Shown here: positions 28,882-40,914 of the stretch, in pieces | Position numbering within the stretch: position 1 is the stretch's first letter | Layout of the letters: each line of letters opens with the position of its first letter | Origin: Octopus sinensis | Lineage: Eukaryota | Length of the DNA: 55,159 nt | Direction: 5' to 3' | NCBI RefSeq assembly: GCF_006345805.1 | Contig: NW_021833739.1 | Span: 1-55,159 of the forward strand | Position numbers and translations under genes: made by a program | Notes under the pieces: generated by a model | What the model was told of the DNA's origin: nothing | What the model saw: only the letters and a program-made list of their open reading frames with translations | The model's database searches: none

Positions 28882-28885
<4 letters not shown>
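28681..28885 (-). mobile_element. ~205-bp (TA)n-embedded element family C with minimal hammerhead (degenerate)
   Basis: Same ends as 33230 and 37392. HHR-like 28780-28814: GUUU-CCGACGA-a-GAAC ucc GCUC-GAAA-CGUU-AAAC (U4 to C). Confidence 0.75.
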
Positions 28886-28932
<47 letters not shown>

Positions 28933-29749
28933 CATTAAGTTACTGATTTAACTTATGAAACAGAGTTCAACAAATTTATTCAGTTTTAAATAACTGAGGA
29001 GATTAGATATTAATATGGATGATAATTTTTTTTGTTTATCTAACTATACATTAGTTTCATTCAGAATGACAAGAAATTCATATTTACGAATTTCAGTTGT
29101 CATAAACTACTCCCATATAAGAGCTTAAATTAGTTCATATATACAAATTTATAGAGAGAATGTTAGCCTTTAATATTTTATTATATATGTCAGCACCCAA
29201 GCTTTATTTTTTAGCCTTGTTTAAATAGACATGTCTCCATGAACAATAAAACATAACAAAAGGATTAATAGCACCATACCTGTGTAATTTCTTACGTCTT
29301 TTTAGTTTTTTTAGCTACTGACGAGTACTTTATGACAACTCAGATTCTTAAATATGAATTTATTGTTTTTCTGTACGAAACGATCGTATAGCTACATGAA
29401 TAAAAAGAAATTATCATCCATATTAACATCTAATCTCCATTTACATCTAATCTTCCATTTACTTAAATGAATTCTGTTTAATAAGTGAAATCATATAATT
29501 AATACTTCTTTATAACGTTTCATATCTTCACAAATTTACATTAGTAAACTCAAAAGAGAAGTATGAAGAAGCAACGTTAGAAATCTTTTCAAATTACTCT
29601 AATTAGAGGACGAACTAGCATTCAAACCCTATGTACAGGAATGTGTATTTGAAATCAATATCGTAATCCAATGCGGTATATTTCTTAACGAGAACTAACA
29701 ATCTAAAATATCACCAGAGAACATCATACATACATACTTATATGTATAC

Positions 29750-30062
29750 ATGTGAATATCTACCCAACTATTGAGAAATCTGCTGTTACTCTATCCAGAT
29801 TACAAGTTCAGGTTTATACCTGTAATTATTGGGGCACTGGGATATGTAACACGCTGCCTAAATACCAATCTTGAGAAATTAGGCTTCTCAAAACCAGAAA
29901 GAAGAAAGCTGATTCGAAGAAAAACAGATCCAATCAATCACTGGAACTGTAAAAGTCTGTAAAACTTTCCAGAAGTTTGTCATTTAAATATATATGAACA
30001 TGTCTAGATATGTAACTATATGCATGATAATGCATACATAAAACAAAACATACAAATCTGAA
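29750..30062 (+). mobile_element. 3' end of a restriction-like-endonuclease non-LTR retrotransposon (R2/R4/Hero type)
   Basis: LRNLLLLYPDYKFRFIPVIIGALG matches the C-terminal IP-x-x-x-GALG motif of RLE-type LINEs, followed by an A/C-rich 3' UTR. Confidence 0.6.
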
Positions 30063-30067
30063 CAAAT

Positions 30068-30492
30068 TTTGGGTTGGCAACTAAGTTCCCGCCGTTTTTT
30101 TTTTATTTGGAATTTATTGCGTTTTTAAATTTTGGAATCTATTGTTTTCGAGAATTCTATCTTTGATTAATTTTGGAATCTATTTTGGGTTTTTTTTTCT
30201 AGTTAATTTTAGTTAATTTTTGTTTATTTTCAGATCATTAAAATGGAATGTCAAGTTAAGAAAAACGAGCATTTTCGACACCTCGTCCTTTTTGCTTTTA
30301 ATCAAGGTTCTAAGGCCGCAAAAGCTGCTCGTGACATTTGTACTGTGTATGGAGAGGGTAGCACAGCTGAAAGAACCGCTCATGATTGGTATGCCAAGTT
30401 CAAAAAGGGAAATTTTGACCTCAAAGATTCACCTCGTTCTCGCCGTCCAGTTGAGTTCGATGAAGAGCGATTAAACCAACTTTTGCACGAAA
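30068..30492 (+). mobile_element. Mariner 5' fragment, same family as 22195-23042
   Basis: Same TIR and T-rich UTR. ORF from 30243 (MECQVKKNEHFRHLVLFAF) is broken off at LLHE by SINE B. Confidence 0.9.
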
Positions 30493-31104
30493 CGTTAGCA
30501 CGCAGAAATGTTAGCACGCCGGGCAAAATGCTTAGCGGTATCTCGTCTGCCGCTACGTTCTGAGTTCAAATTCCGCCGAGGTCGACTTTGCCTTTCATCC
30601 TTTCGTGGTCGATGAAATAAGTATCAGTTACACACTGGGGTCGATATAATCGACTTAATCCGTCTGTCTGTTCTTGTTTGTCTTCTCTGTATTTAGCCCC
30701 TTGTGGGTAGTAAAGAAATAGAAATAGGTATCTCGTCTAGCGCTACGTTTTGTGTTCAAATTCCGCCGAGGTCGACTTTGACTTTAATCCTTTCGGGGTC
30801 GATTAAATAAGTACCAGTTACGCACTGGGGTCGATATAATCGACTTAATCCGTATGTCTGTCCTTGTTTGTCCCCTCTGTGTTTAGCCCCTTGTGGGTTG
30901 TAAAGAAATAGAAATAGGTATCTCGTCTGCCGCTATGTTCTGAGTTCAAATTCCACCGAGGTCGACTTTGCCTTTCATCCTTTTGGGGTCGATAAATTAA
31001 GTACCAGTTACACACTGGGGTCCATATAATGGACTTAATCCCTTTGTCTGTCCTTGTTTGTCCCCTCTATGTTTAGCCCCTTGTGGGCAATAAAGAAGTA
31101 AGAA
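30489..31104 (+). mobile_element. SINE family B array, 3 units (190-bp period), 5'-truncated
   Basis: Unit starts at 30539, 30729 and 30919. Locus-private variants tatctcgtct and gaaatagaaatagg. Ends gggcaataaagaagtaagaa. Confidence 0.88.
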
Positions 31105-31584
31105 CACGCTCGCCCAAGGTGCACATTGTGGGACTGAACCCGGAACCATTTGGTTGGGAAGCAAGCTTCTTAGCACACAGCCACATATTATATAGCATTC
31201 ATTTACACATCTACTATATATTTCTCAGGAGAATCATCATTAAGATATCGTGGTTAAGTGAATACGGTGAAACTGAGATATCAATAAATGACTCCATTAC
31301 ACATTGTGGCTGTCAGTCGTAATCGATGAATTAATTATGCATTAGTAAGTATTTTAGAGAAAGAGTTTATGTTTTATGAAACTTAATTACTTACTATCTT
31401 ACAAATTATTAACACTCAGTGACTACATTAACGCTATACATCATATGTAGTTCATTGCTTGACTAGAATGACTATTAAACGATAGCGAATTGTTTATCAG
31501 TTTTTTTTTGGTTGTGCAGGAGATCAGGCTTCTTTAAGGTGGATGGCATGGTCGAAGGATCAATCTTGTAATAGCACTATACAT

Positions 31585-31855
31585 GTATGTATGTCATTAT
31601 TCAGTTTTATTTCAAGATTTCTTGCCAACAGAGAAAGAGACGGTTTCTAACTTAGATCCAAGGATTCTTCATTAAAATTTCAACATCAACAACGGGGCAT
31701 TTTTGTATATATGTGTATATGTATGTGTGTGGGACAAAAACTCAAAACATCCAGACATATAGATAGAAAGAAGGAAAGAATAAAAAAATAGAGTCAAACA
31801 AGCTTTAGATAAATATATATTTACATATAAGAGACCAAAGTGTACGTGCGCCGCA

Positions 31856-31915
<60 letters not shown>

Positions 31916-32100
31916 CAAAATGGGACAACAACGTGTATGTGGATATGTATGTATATATGTATGTGTGTATGTATGTATGTTATTATTCAATTTTATTTCA
32001 AGATTTCTTGCCAACAGAGAAAGAGCCAGTTTCTAACCTAGATCCAAGACTCCTTCATTGAAATTTCAGCATCAGCAACGGTGCATTTTTGTATATATGT
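31585..32100 (-). repeat. Two ~135-bp copies of a probable retroelement 3' end with a (TACA)n tail
   Basis: ttattcagttttatttcaagattt...tagatccaag...caacggggcatttttg at ~31585-31720 and ~31970-32100. Confidence 0.55.
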
Positions 32101-32123
32101 ATATATGTGTGTGTGTGTGTATT

Positions 32124-32426
32124 GTGGAGGCGCAATGGCCTATTGGTTAGGGCAGCGGATTCGCGGTCGTAGGATCACGGTTTCGATTCCCAGACCGGGC
32201 GTTGTGAGTGTTTATTGAGCGAAAACACCTAAAGCTCCACAAGGCTCCGGCAGGGGGTGGTGGTGATCCCTGCTGTACTCTTTCACCACAACTTTCTCTC
32301 ACTCTTTCTTCTGTTGGCCTGCTTCGTTTAGCCAGCGGGGTGGCGTCATTTGAAGGCTACAACAATGCGAAGCACATTGTGACCAGCGATGTGTAACAAC
32401 ATCTGATAGCCTGGTCGGTCACGGTG

Positions 32427-32427
<1 letters not shown>
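32124..32427 (+). mobile_element. tRNA-headed SINE (head type D, tail type 3)
   Basis: Head and body match the 2820-3200 copy. The tail (gtggcgtcatttgaagg...gcctggtcggtcacggtga) also occurs alone, inverted, at ~37138-37226. Confidence 0.8.
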
Positions 32428-32458
<31 letters not shown>

Positions 32459-33229
32459 TTGTATGATGTTATCTGGTGATATTTTTGCTGCACTGAATTA
32501 AGATATCAATTTTGGAATTTCGGCACAAGACCAACAATTTTGAGGGGATGTTGCATCTCTATGAAATCGGCGCCAGTACTCAACTGGTACTCATTTTAAC
32601 GACCTCGACAGAATTTAAACACAGAACGTTAAAAAAGCCGGAAGAAACCACGCTAAGTATTTCGTTCGGCAGAGTAACAATACTGCCAGCATGCAGCCTT
32701 CATTAAGACAATTAAAAGACTCTATAGATTTCCACCTCTTTCAGATCAATCACTCTTAAACGAAAACTACTAGTATTTTCTAATTAGTCTTTTCAAGATT
32801 TTGCATATCTGCAGTAAATTCATAAAAGTTGGCCGGCATTTTGGTCCAAGCTGCCAAAATCTAAATTACTTCATAGAATTCTTTTCTAGTTTTTGTTCAT
32901 CGTGAGAATAAGATCTGCTGCAATGAATATCTTCATCTCAAGAAAATGGGAATTTGTAAATTCTTTATATCTCTTTCAAAATCAAATCCTAATGCCTGTT
33001 TTGAATACCATTACAGTGGATATGTGTGAATCTAAATCTTCTTAGCACCAAATGGTCAAAAATCAATAAATTACATGTTCGGAATACAGCTTCTTCGCTG
33101 GTATTCTCTGCTATACTCTGTAATGAGAGTGACAACGATTGCCATGTAATTCTATGTTTCTTGAATACTGAGTTTAGAATATAATATAATATTCTGTTAA
33201 CATGATATGTATGTATATATATATATAAA

Positions 33230-33434
33230 GTTAATCCAAACATGAAAACACAAAGAGAAAACACAACAACGCGAGGACGTGGAACAAATATAGTATTATT
33301 GGACACTCAGGAAAAAGGAAAGAAGGAGGGTTCAACGTTTCGAGCGGAGCTCTTCGTCAGAAACATAGGAAAAGGAAAGATCCAAAGAAGGGAAGACAGA
33401 GGGAAAAAAATCGCCAACGGTACACACGCGGTCA
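33230..33434 (-). mobile_element. Family C element with intact minimal hammerhead core
   Basis: Bounded by gttaatccaaac and gcggtca, inside TA-rich tracts. Confidence 0.8.
33330..33364 (-). ncRNA. Minimal Penelope-type hammerhead variant
   Basis: GUUU-CUGACGA-A-GAGC ucc GCUC-GAAA-CG-UU/GAAC. Stem III is reduced to the palindrome AACGUU. Confidence 0.65.
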
Positions 33435-33504
33435 TATATATACACATATATGTATATATATACATATATATATACGCTCACACACATTAAACATTATAGA
33501 CATA

Positions 33505-33640
33505 CCTGGCCGTGTGGTAAGAAGCTTGCTTCCCAACCACATGGTTCTGGATTCAGTCTCACTGTGTGGCACCTTGGGCAAATGTCTTCTACTATAGCCT
33601 CGGGGCCGACCAAAGCCTTGTGAGTGGATTTGGTCGACGA
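33505..33640 (+). mobile_element. SINE family A, 5' part
   Basis: gtgtggtaagaagcttgcttccc...gtgagtggatttgg. Confidence 0.8.
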
Positions 33641-33937
33641 AAGAACTCTGGTTGAAATACAATTAATATAAAATAAAGCTGAAGCAAGTGAGCACCAAAT
33701 ATATTGTGCGGGCGAGAGGTTTTGATTGAATATTCACAAACCAGACACGATTGAAGGTTTTGCTGTCGTCGATGGGTGACGCTACTTTCACCAAATATTT
33801 CTAAAGCGAAATCTACAATGAGAACTCCCCATTTAGTGATATAAGATTTGTGTGTATGTATGTGTGTGTGCCTGTACATGTACATGTGTGTGTTCACGCC
33901 TTGTGAAAACATATATGTAGCCACCTTAGGTGATATT

Positions 33938-34224
33938 GTGGAGGCACATGGCCTAGTGGTTAGAGCAGCGGGCTCGCGGTCGAGGGATCGCGAGTTCGAA
34001 TCTCAGACCAGGCAATGTGTTTGTTTATGAGCGAAACACCTAAGCTCCACGTGGCTCTGTCAGAAGGTAATGGCGAACCTCTGCTGACTCTTTCGCCACA
34101 ACTTTCTATCACTTTTGCAGCTCACCTGCGACGGACCGGCGTCCCATCTAGGTGGAGAACCTATACGCCAAGGAAACAGGGAAACCGGCCCTTATGAGCC
34201 AGGCATGGCTCGAGAAGGAACAAC
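33938..34224 (+). mobile_element. tRNA-headed SINE (head type D, tail type 2)
   Basis: Matches 19636-19956; ends ggctcgagaaggaacaac. Confidence 0.8.
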
Positions 34225-34305
34225 ACCTTAAGTGATATTACATCTTTAGAACGGAAACTAAAACTAATCGCATCTCACTGTCAAAGAAGGTATAAAGGTT
34301 CATAA

Positions 34306-34905
34306 GGCGGCGAGCTGGCAGAATCGTTAGCACGCCGAGCGAAATGCGTAGCCGTATTTCGTCTGCCGTTACGTTGTGAGTTCAAATTCCACCGAGGTCC
34401 ACTTTGCCTTTCATCCTTTCGGGGTCGATAAATTAAGTACCAGCGACGCACTGGGGTCGATATAATCGACTTAATCCCTTTGTCTGTCCTTGTTTGTCCC
34501 CTCTGTGTTTAGCCCCTTGTGGGTAGTAAAGAAATAGGTATTGCGCCTGCCGTTACGTTCTGAGTCCAAATTCCGCCAAGGTCGACTTTGCCTTTCATCC
34601 TTTCGGTGTCGATAAATTAAGTACCAGTTACGCACTGGGGTCGATATAATCGACTTAATCCCTTTGTCTGTCCTTGTTTGTCCCCTCTGTGTTTAGCCCC
34701 TTGTGGGTAGTAAAGAAATAGGTATTTCGCCTGCCGTTACGTTCTGAGTCCAAATTCCGCCAAGGTCGACTTTGCCTTTCATCCTTTCGGTGTCGATAAA
34801 TTAAGTACCAGTTACGCACTGGGGTCGATATAATCGACTTAATCCCTTTGTCTGTCCTTATTTGTCCCCTCTGTGTTTAGCCCCTTGTGGGTAGTAAAGA
34901 AATGG
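34306..34905 (+). mobile_element. SINE family B array, 3 x 184 bp
   Basis: Unit starts at 34355, 34539 and 34723. Confidence 0.88.
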
Positions 34906-35646
34906 GTAAAAAGATTCATTCCGTGGGAATGAATATTCAGTCAAATAGATTATTGTGAGGAATGCTTTGCCGTACGGAGGCGGTGGAAGCAGATGCGCAT
35001 TATACAGCGTTAAAATGCTTGCAACTATGAAACTCAAAGAAAACATAATTAATAGTTTGATGGAATGATAATGAGATACATCCACAAATTGAAAAGGTGT
35101 TACTCATACAGATACTTCAAATAATTTAACTAATTGATAACAGGTTTCTTTAATTCAACCGTGTGCGACACGCGATATATTAAATAAAGTCTAGTTGCAA
35201 GCTATTATACACACTTACGTTTGAATGACTAGCTTCGGGAAGAAGAGAAACTGCACTTTGAAGAGTTTAATTATGTATTTTCGTAATTAAGGACTTTCGA
35301 GGTGTTTTGAAATTATTTAAATGTAAAATGTACTTAGAATCCGCAAAATTAAACTGATTTGAATGTAATGATATATTTCAGATACGACATGATATTTTAG
35401 AAATATGTAATAATGTACTTTGGAAATAATTTGAATGTGTGATAATCTATATGTTTATCGATACACGTTATTGTATTCTAAAGTAATTTGTCTGCATTAA
35501 TGTAATTGGGAATTAATTAACAGTAATGAATGAAAAGGGGGAAAGCGCATTTCCTTCTTTTAATTATTAGTTTCCCATATCTTCCGACTTGCGTACGATA
35601 TTTCTCGAATTACGTACATACACACAAAGTCAAATACATGTGTATG

Positions 35647-35687
<41 letters not shown>

Positions 35688-35688
<1 letters not shown>

Positions 35689-36093
35689 CTCTTTTACTCT
35701 TTTACTCTTTTACTTGTTTCAGTCATTTGACTGCGGCCATGCTGGAGCACCGCCTTTAGTCGAGCAAATCGACCCCGGGACTTATTCTTTGTAAGCCCAG
35801 TACTTATTCTATCGGTCTCTTTTGCCGAACCGCTAAGTGACGGGGACGTAAACACACCAGCATCGGTTGTCAAGCAATGCTAGGGGGACAAACACAGACA
35901 CACAAACACACACACATACACATATATATACATATATACGACAGGCTTCTTTCAGTTTCCGTCTACCAAATCCACTCACAAGGCATTGGTCGGCCCGGGG
36001 CTATAGCAGAAGACACTTGCCCAAGATGCCACGCAGTGGGACTGAACCCGGAATCTTGTGGTTGGTTAGCAAGCTACTTACCACACAGCCACA
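35688..36093 (-). mobile_element. SINE family A, near full length
   Basis: Reverse complement of the 51300 copy. Confidence 0.88.
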
Positions 36094-36109
36094 TAAACTT
36101 AGATGTGTT

Positions 36110-36539
36110 TCGACCAAAGATTGGTCCAGGCCATGTCTATCTTAATAGCACCACCTGATAGGATTATTCGAATCCTGTTTAAGTCAAGTTTTGTTCAAGT
36201 AGTGAGTTCTTGTTGGGCGAGTTGTATCCAATTATGGGTGGCTTATCTGGTATTCCTTGAAGGAATCTATCCAGACTCCGTTTAAAGTTGATGGGATCCT
36301 TTTCCTCTTTGATCTCTTTCAGGACAATGTTAAATAGGGCAGGGCCTGTTGAGGAAAAGAAATTATGTTGCAGTGTACATGTATGCTGTGATCTTGAATT
36401 GGGGATGGGACGTATGGCCCGTGGTCCCAGTCTTGGATGAACCTTGAAGCTAATGTTCAGGTCGTTTGGGCAAGATGGCGGTATATTCTCCACATCGTAC
36501 AAATGATGTACCGCTCACGGCGACGCTGGAGAGAGTATG

Positions 36540-36540
<1 letters not shown>
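36110..36540 (-). mobile_element. 3' end of a CR1/L2-group LINE
   Basis: [10 protein letters not shown], then FKRSLDRFLQGIPDKP...GY...NSL, both typical C-terminal motifs; frameshifted. Confidence 0.75.
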
Positions 36541-36621
<81 letters not shown>

Positions 36622-36631
36622 TTTATATTTA

Positions 36632-36680
<49 letters not shown>

Positions 36681-36789
36681 AATTTGAAATTTAAATGAGG
36701 GTGAAAACTGGATATTAATTTGATAACATCAATTTAACACTAGTGGTCTAGCATATTAAAAAACTGAAGGTTCAGTAAATTGTATAACA

Positions 36790-36868
36790 TACATATGAGA
36801 GGGTGACCACTATGTGGACAACTTCTAGCATTAGGGTTGTCCACATAGTGGTCATCCCTCTCATATGT

Positions 36869-36869
<1 letters not shown>
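36790..36869. other. 80-bp hairpin (about 33-bp arms, 13-nt loop) with TA ends; tiny MITE or fold-back
   Basis: tacatatgagaggg-tgaccactatgtggacaac / gttgtccacatagtggtcatccctctcatatgta, with one indel. Confidence 0.8.
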
Positions 36870-36917
<48 letters not shown>

Positions 36918-37391
36918 AGACCAGAAGTGTACGTATGCCGCTAAATGTATATATTTTAAAAAATGGAGCAAGAGCTGGCTGAAACTGCAACGACAATCTC
37001 GAACGAACTCGACTGACGATAGAAAGCTCCGAATGTCCCGTCCTTTTTTGTATCGTCTAAATGACCGGATGTTTTGTTGTCGCCTGGTACGTTTTTGATC
37101 TATTTTTGTTTTGTTTTATAGATGCATATATATATATCACCATGACCGACCAGGCTATCACATGTTGCTACACATCGCTGGTCACAATGCGCTTCACATT
37201 GTTTCAGCCTTCAAATTACGCCACGTGCGTATATATATATATATATATATAAAAACCACTAGAATGGGAGAAAGCGCTAATGATCTAAGTGATATGATAT
37301 ATATATAAAAAATGTAATATACAAATAAATATCTGTAAATATAAACCATCCGATCTTCTGAGTACCTCATTTCTTCTAATATATATATATA

Positions 37392-37594
37392 GTTAATCCA
37401 AACAAGAAAACACAAAAAAAAACACACCAACGCGAGGACGTGGAACAATTAAAGTATTATTGGACGCTCAGGAAAGAAGGGAAGGAGGGTTTAGCGTTTC
37501 GAGCGGAGCTCTTCGTCGGAAACAAAGGAGAAGGAAAGATCCCGAGAAGGGAAGACAGAGGAAAAAAATTGCTGGCGGTGCTCACGGGGTCACA
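37392..37594 (-). mobile_element. Family C element, degenerate hammerhead
   Basis: Same ends as the other copies. HHR-like 37489-37523 carries U4-to-C and U16.1-to-C changes. Confidence 0.75.
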
Positions 37595-37596
37595 TA

Positions 37597-37649
<53 letters not shown>

Positions 37650-37690
37650 TATTATATATTATATATATATATATATTATATATATATAGA

Positions 37691-37725
<35 letters not shown>

Positions 37726-37759
37726 TACGTATGTAGTAAAGGTATGTCCTATATATCTA

Positions 37760-37905
37760 CAGAGGTGGGCACCGTTAATCGAAAAGTTCACTTCGTTAAT
37801 CATTAATCTGTTAACCAAAAAGTTAACTTCGTTAATCGTTAATCCGTTAATTCTTCGAAAATGTAACCGAGATTAACGTTAATCCGTTAGCGTTAACTTT
37901 TATTG
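37760..37905 (+). mobile_element. Probable hAT-type transposon end with GTTAA(TC) subterminal repeats
   Basis: Starts cagaggtgggca, followed by about ten gttaa motifs. No partner TIR was found. Confidence 0.4.
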
Positions 37906-38297
37906 AAGAAAAAGCATAACAACTGTTTAATACCCCACAGATTTTGTTGCCTCATAACTTCCAGCAAAATGGATACTTTTTAACGAAACTTTCACCAAAT
38001 AATCGCGTAGATTCTGTAGATTGAGAGTATGCAAAGATTTGTTAGAAAAATTTTTCTGAGGGATTGGGCAGAGGAGTTTTGGAAAATTAACAGGACCCGA
38101 CATTTCCCACCTCATAACTTCCTGGGAAATAGGTATTTTTTTAATGAAATCTTATACAAATACCTTTCAAACGGTGTAGATTATGATTGCAAAGAAATTT
38201 GTAGTCAAAATTTTTGGAAGAGCGCGGAGAGGGGAGTTTCTGGAAAACGGAGTTTCGGATCAGACGGCCCACATAAGTCAATATTTTCTCACCATAA

Positions 38298-38706
38298 GCA
38301 GGAGTGGCTGTGTAGTAAGTAGCTTGCTAACCAACCACATGGTTCCGGGTTCAGTCCCACTGCGTGGCATCTTGGGCAAGTGTCTTCTGCTATAGCCTCG
38401 GGCCGACCAAAGCCGTGTGAGTGGATTTGGTAGACGGAAACTGGGAGAAGCCTGTCGTATATATGTATGTAAATGTGTGTATGTGTGTGTGTTTGTGTGT
38501 GTGTTTGTCCCCCTAGAATTGCTTGACAACCGATGCTGGTGTGTTTACGTCCCCGTCACTTAGCGGTTCGGCAAAAGAGACCGATAGAATAAGTACTGGG
38601 CTTACAAAGAATAAGTCCCGGGGTCGACTTGCTCGACTAAAGGCGGTGCTCCAGCATGGCCGCAGTCAAATGACTGAAACAAGTAAAAGAGTAAAGAGAA
38701 AAGAGT
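38298..38706 (+). mobile_element. SINE family A, near full length
   Basis: caggagtggctgtgtagtaag...gaaacaagtaaaagag. Confidence 0.88.
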
Positions 38707-39643
38707 ATAAGCAAATTTTATGGAATGATGATGTCAAAGTAACACACGTGTAGTGCCAACCGAGTGAGGAAGTGTTATGTGTGTGTGTAAGAAAAATACA
38801 TCTTTAGCGTTCATATAAATCTGTCAAATATAATGCTTATTTGTTCGTTAATTTGAATTATTCAGGTTCAAGAGGGGTGTCCACAATATTTACATACATA
38901 TTTGAAATTTTGTCAGTGGGTGCTTTATATACCACTAGTTTATAGTTATGCAATTTTATCTGATCTTGCTGAGTAAATTTGACTTTTATGGGCAGATAAA
39001 TTTAATTGACATGTGTAAAAGCAATAACATTATGAATAAACACTAAAATTGAAATTCTTAATGCATCTTACGTGTTTAATTTGTTACTAAAATTATCCCA
39101 GATGGCAACTGACAAAATTTTGCCCCTTTTCAAGATGATTACTTTAATTTGAATTAATTAAAATACAGGTATTATAGGTACAAGATTTTATTCTTTCGAT
39201 AAATATTTCGTACCTCGGAATGGAATAATATTTTCCCACAGTTTTTTCGGGTGAATTCAAAGTATCTCACCACCAAAGCCGCTGCAAGCCACTTTTTTCG
39301 GAAAAGAAAGACGGGAGAAGTGGTAGGGACCTCGAAGTTTCCCACCAACGGAGTTTTGCTCTGGCGGTCTTTTTTTCTTTCCAAGTTATTTTGCATACTT
39401 TCAACGAATGTGAGACCGAGATCGCGCGTAAACGGCTCCTTTTTCCAGAAAAGGAAAAATTTGGCCGTTATTTCTAGCAAGCCCTACTACCACGTAATAG
39501 CTATTTGCGTTCACACCGAAATACTTACCACCTTTTTTATTTCCATTTGTTTTTTCCACCTTTATAGGAATCAATATTTTCTCCGTTGACATCCACCTCA
39601 GTTAATTTTGATTTTCTTCCAGTTCTGTGCTTTCTGGAAGACA

Positions 39644-39685
<42 letters not shown>

Positions 39686-40037
39686 ACACACACACACACA
39701 CACACAAACAACAAACACACACAGACTTGTTACCAGATACAATAAGCCTGTGGCATATCGGAACCTATAAGAAAGCCATTCACGTTATTTTGCCATGGAG
39801 AAAGTTTCTCGTTGTAGACTGATGAGCGTGCGAACTGACTTGATATGTTTACACCTATCTGTCTCCTGTGAGAAATTTTCACCATTAAAAAACACCATGA
39901 ATTGATTTCTAATGAGTTCGAATATGCTTCGAGAATATTCGAGCCGGTAATAAGTTTGTATTTATGCACATCACTTCTGAACGCTTTTATTTTAGAATAT
40001 GAAATGTAGGTCTTATGCCACCACATATATATATATA

Positions 40038-40092
<55 letters not shown>

Positions 40093-40093
<1 letters not shown>

Positions 40094-40380
40094 TTTAAAG
40101 GGCTAAAAAACAACGAAGTGGTCAGCCGTATGCTAGAAGTAGATCACCAACGATCAAACTACAAAAGAAAAAATGTTCTCTAGAGAAAAATTCAGCGGAT
40201 ACCAGAACAATATGCGGGTAAGACAGATGAAAATTCTATAAAAAAACAAGAATTACTCGCAGACCGGCGATTTCGCCTATTAACGAATGAATCACTTACG
40301 TAATCCCTCGTCCGTAGGCTCGTCAGTGCGATCGTTCTACAGGTAATATAATTTGTAAAACTAACCACCAGTTTTCCGTA
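40093..40380 (-). mobile_element. ~290-bp hammerhead-containing element between (TA)n tracts
   Basis: TA tracts on both sides; HHR at 40257-40331. Confidence 0.7.
40257..40331 (-). ncRNA. Type I hammerhead ribozyme with extended stem II
   Basis: UCGCA-CUGACGA-GCCUA[35 nt]UAGGC-GAAA-UC gcc GG-UC/UGCGA. Intact core, G10.1-C11.1 pair, GUC site. Confidence 0.85.
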
Positions 40381-40381
40381 T

Positions 40382-40423
<42 letters not shown>

Positions 40424-40424
40424 A

Positions 40425-40471
<47 letters not shown>

Positions 40472-40473
<2 letters not shown>

Positions 40474-40795
40474 ATAAGATCGTTATTTAAATATCGAACT
40501 TATCAAGTGGCAAGCATGGGAGTAAAAACCTTCAAAGGTAATACATTATTAAAATTATAATTTAGGGTATCTAAGAGATACCACCACGCTTGAAATAGCA
40601 GCCAAAATTTGACTCTAAAATCACATTAAAAGTTCATACAGCACCAAGAGAGAAGACAAAAAGAAAAAAATAAACTAGCAAAAAATTACTGGATAATTCC
40701 AGATCCCGGATTTCTGACTCTGCATAAGAAATGCTTTGCCTCATCAGTGGAATATACGCAGCATATAAATACAAATATTTAAACTGGTGGTGTGT
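40472..40795 (-). mobile_element. ~320-bp hammerhead-containing element next to (TA)n
   Basis: HHR at 40697-40752. Shares the aatagcagccaaaat motif with the 48056 fold-back. Confidence 0.65.
40697..40752 (-). ncRNA. Type I hammerhead ribozyme
   Basis: UUCCA-CUGAUGA-GGC aaa GCAU uucuu AUGC aga GUC a-GAAA-UCC g GGA-UC/UGGAA. Confidence 0.8.
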
Positions 40796-40914
40796 ATACG
40801 TGCATATATATGTATGTATATGTTCGTATATGTAAGTATTCGTATGTTATATATATATTTCTCAACAAATTAAACTATTAGTAATACTTACAGACATATT
40901 TGTGTCTTATGATA

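Noticed and set aside
37009-37045. ctgacgatagaaagctccgaatg as a hammerhead
   Set aside because: Stem II does not pair and the GAAA-stem III-UH part is missing.
39786-39810. ctgatgagcgtgcgaactg as a minimal hammerhead
   Set aside because: It reads GAAC instead of GAAA, has a 2-nt loop, and lacks stems I and III.
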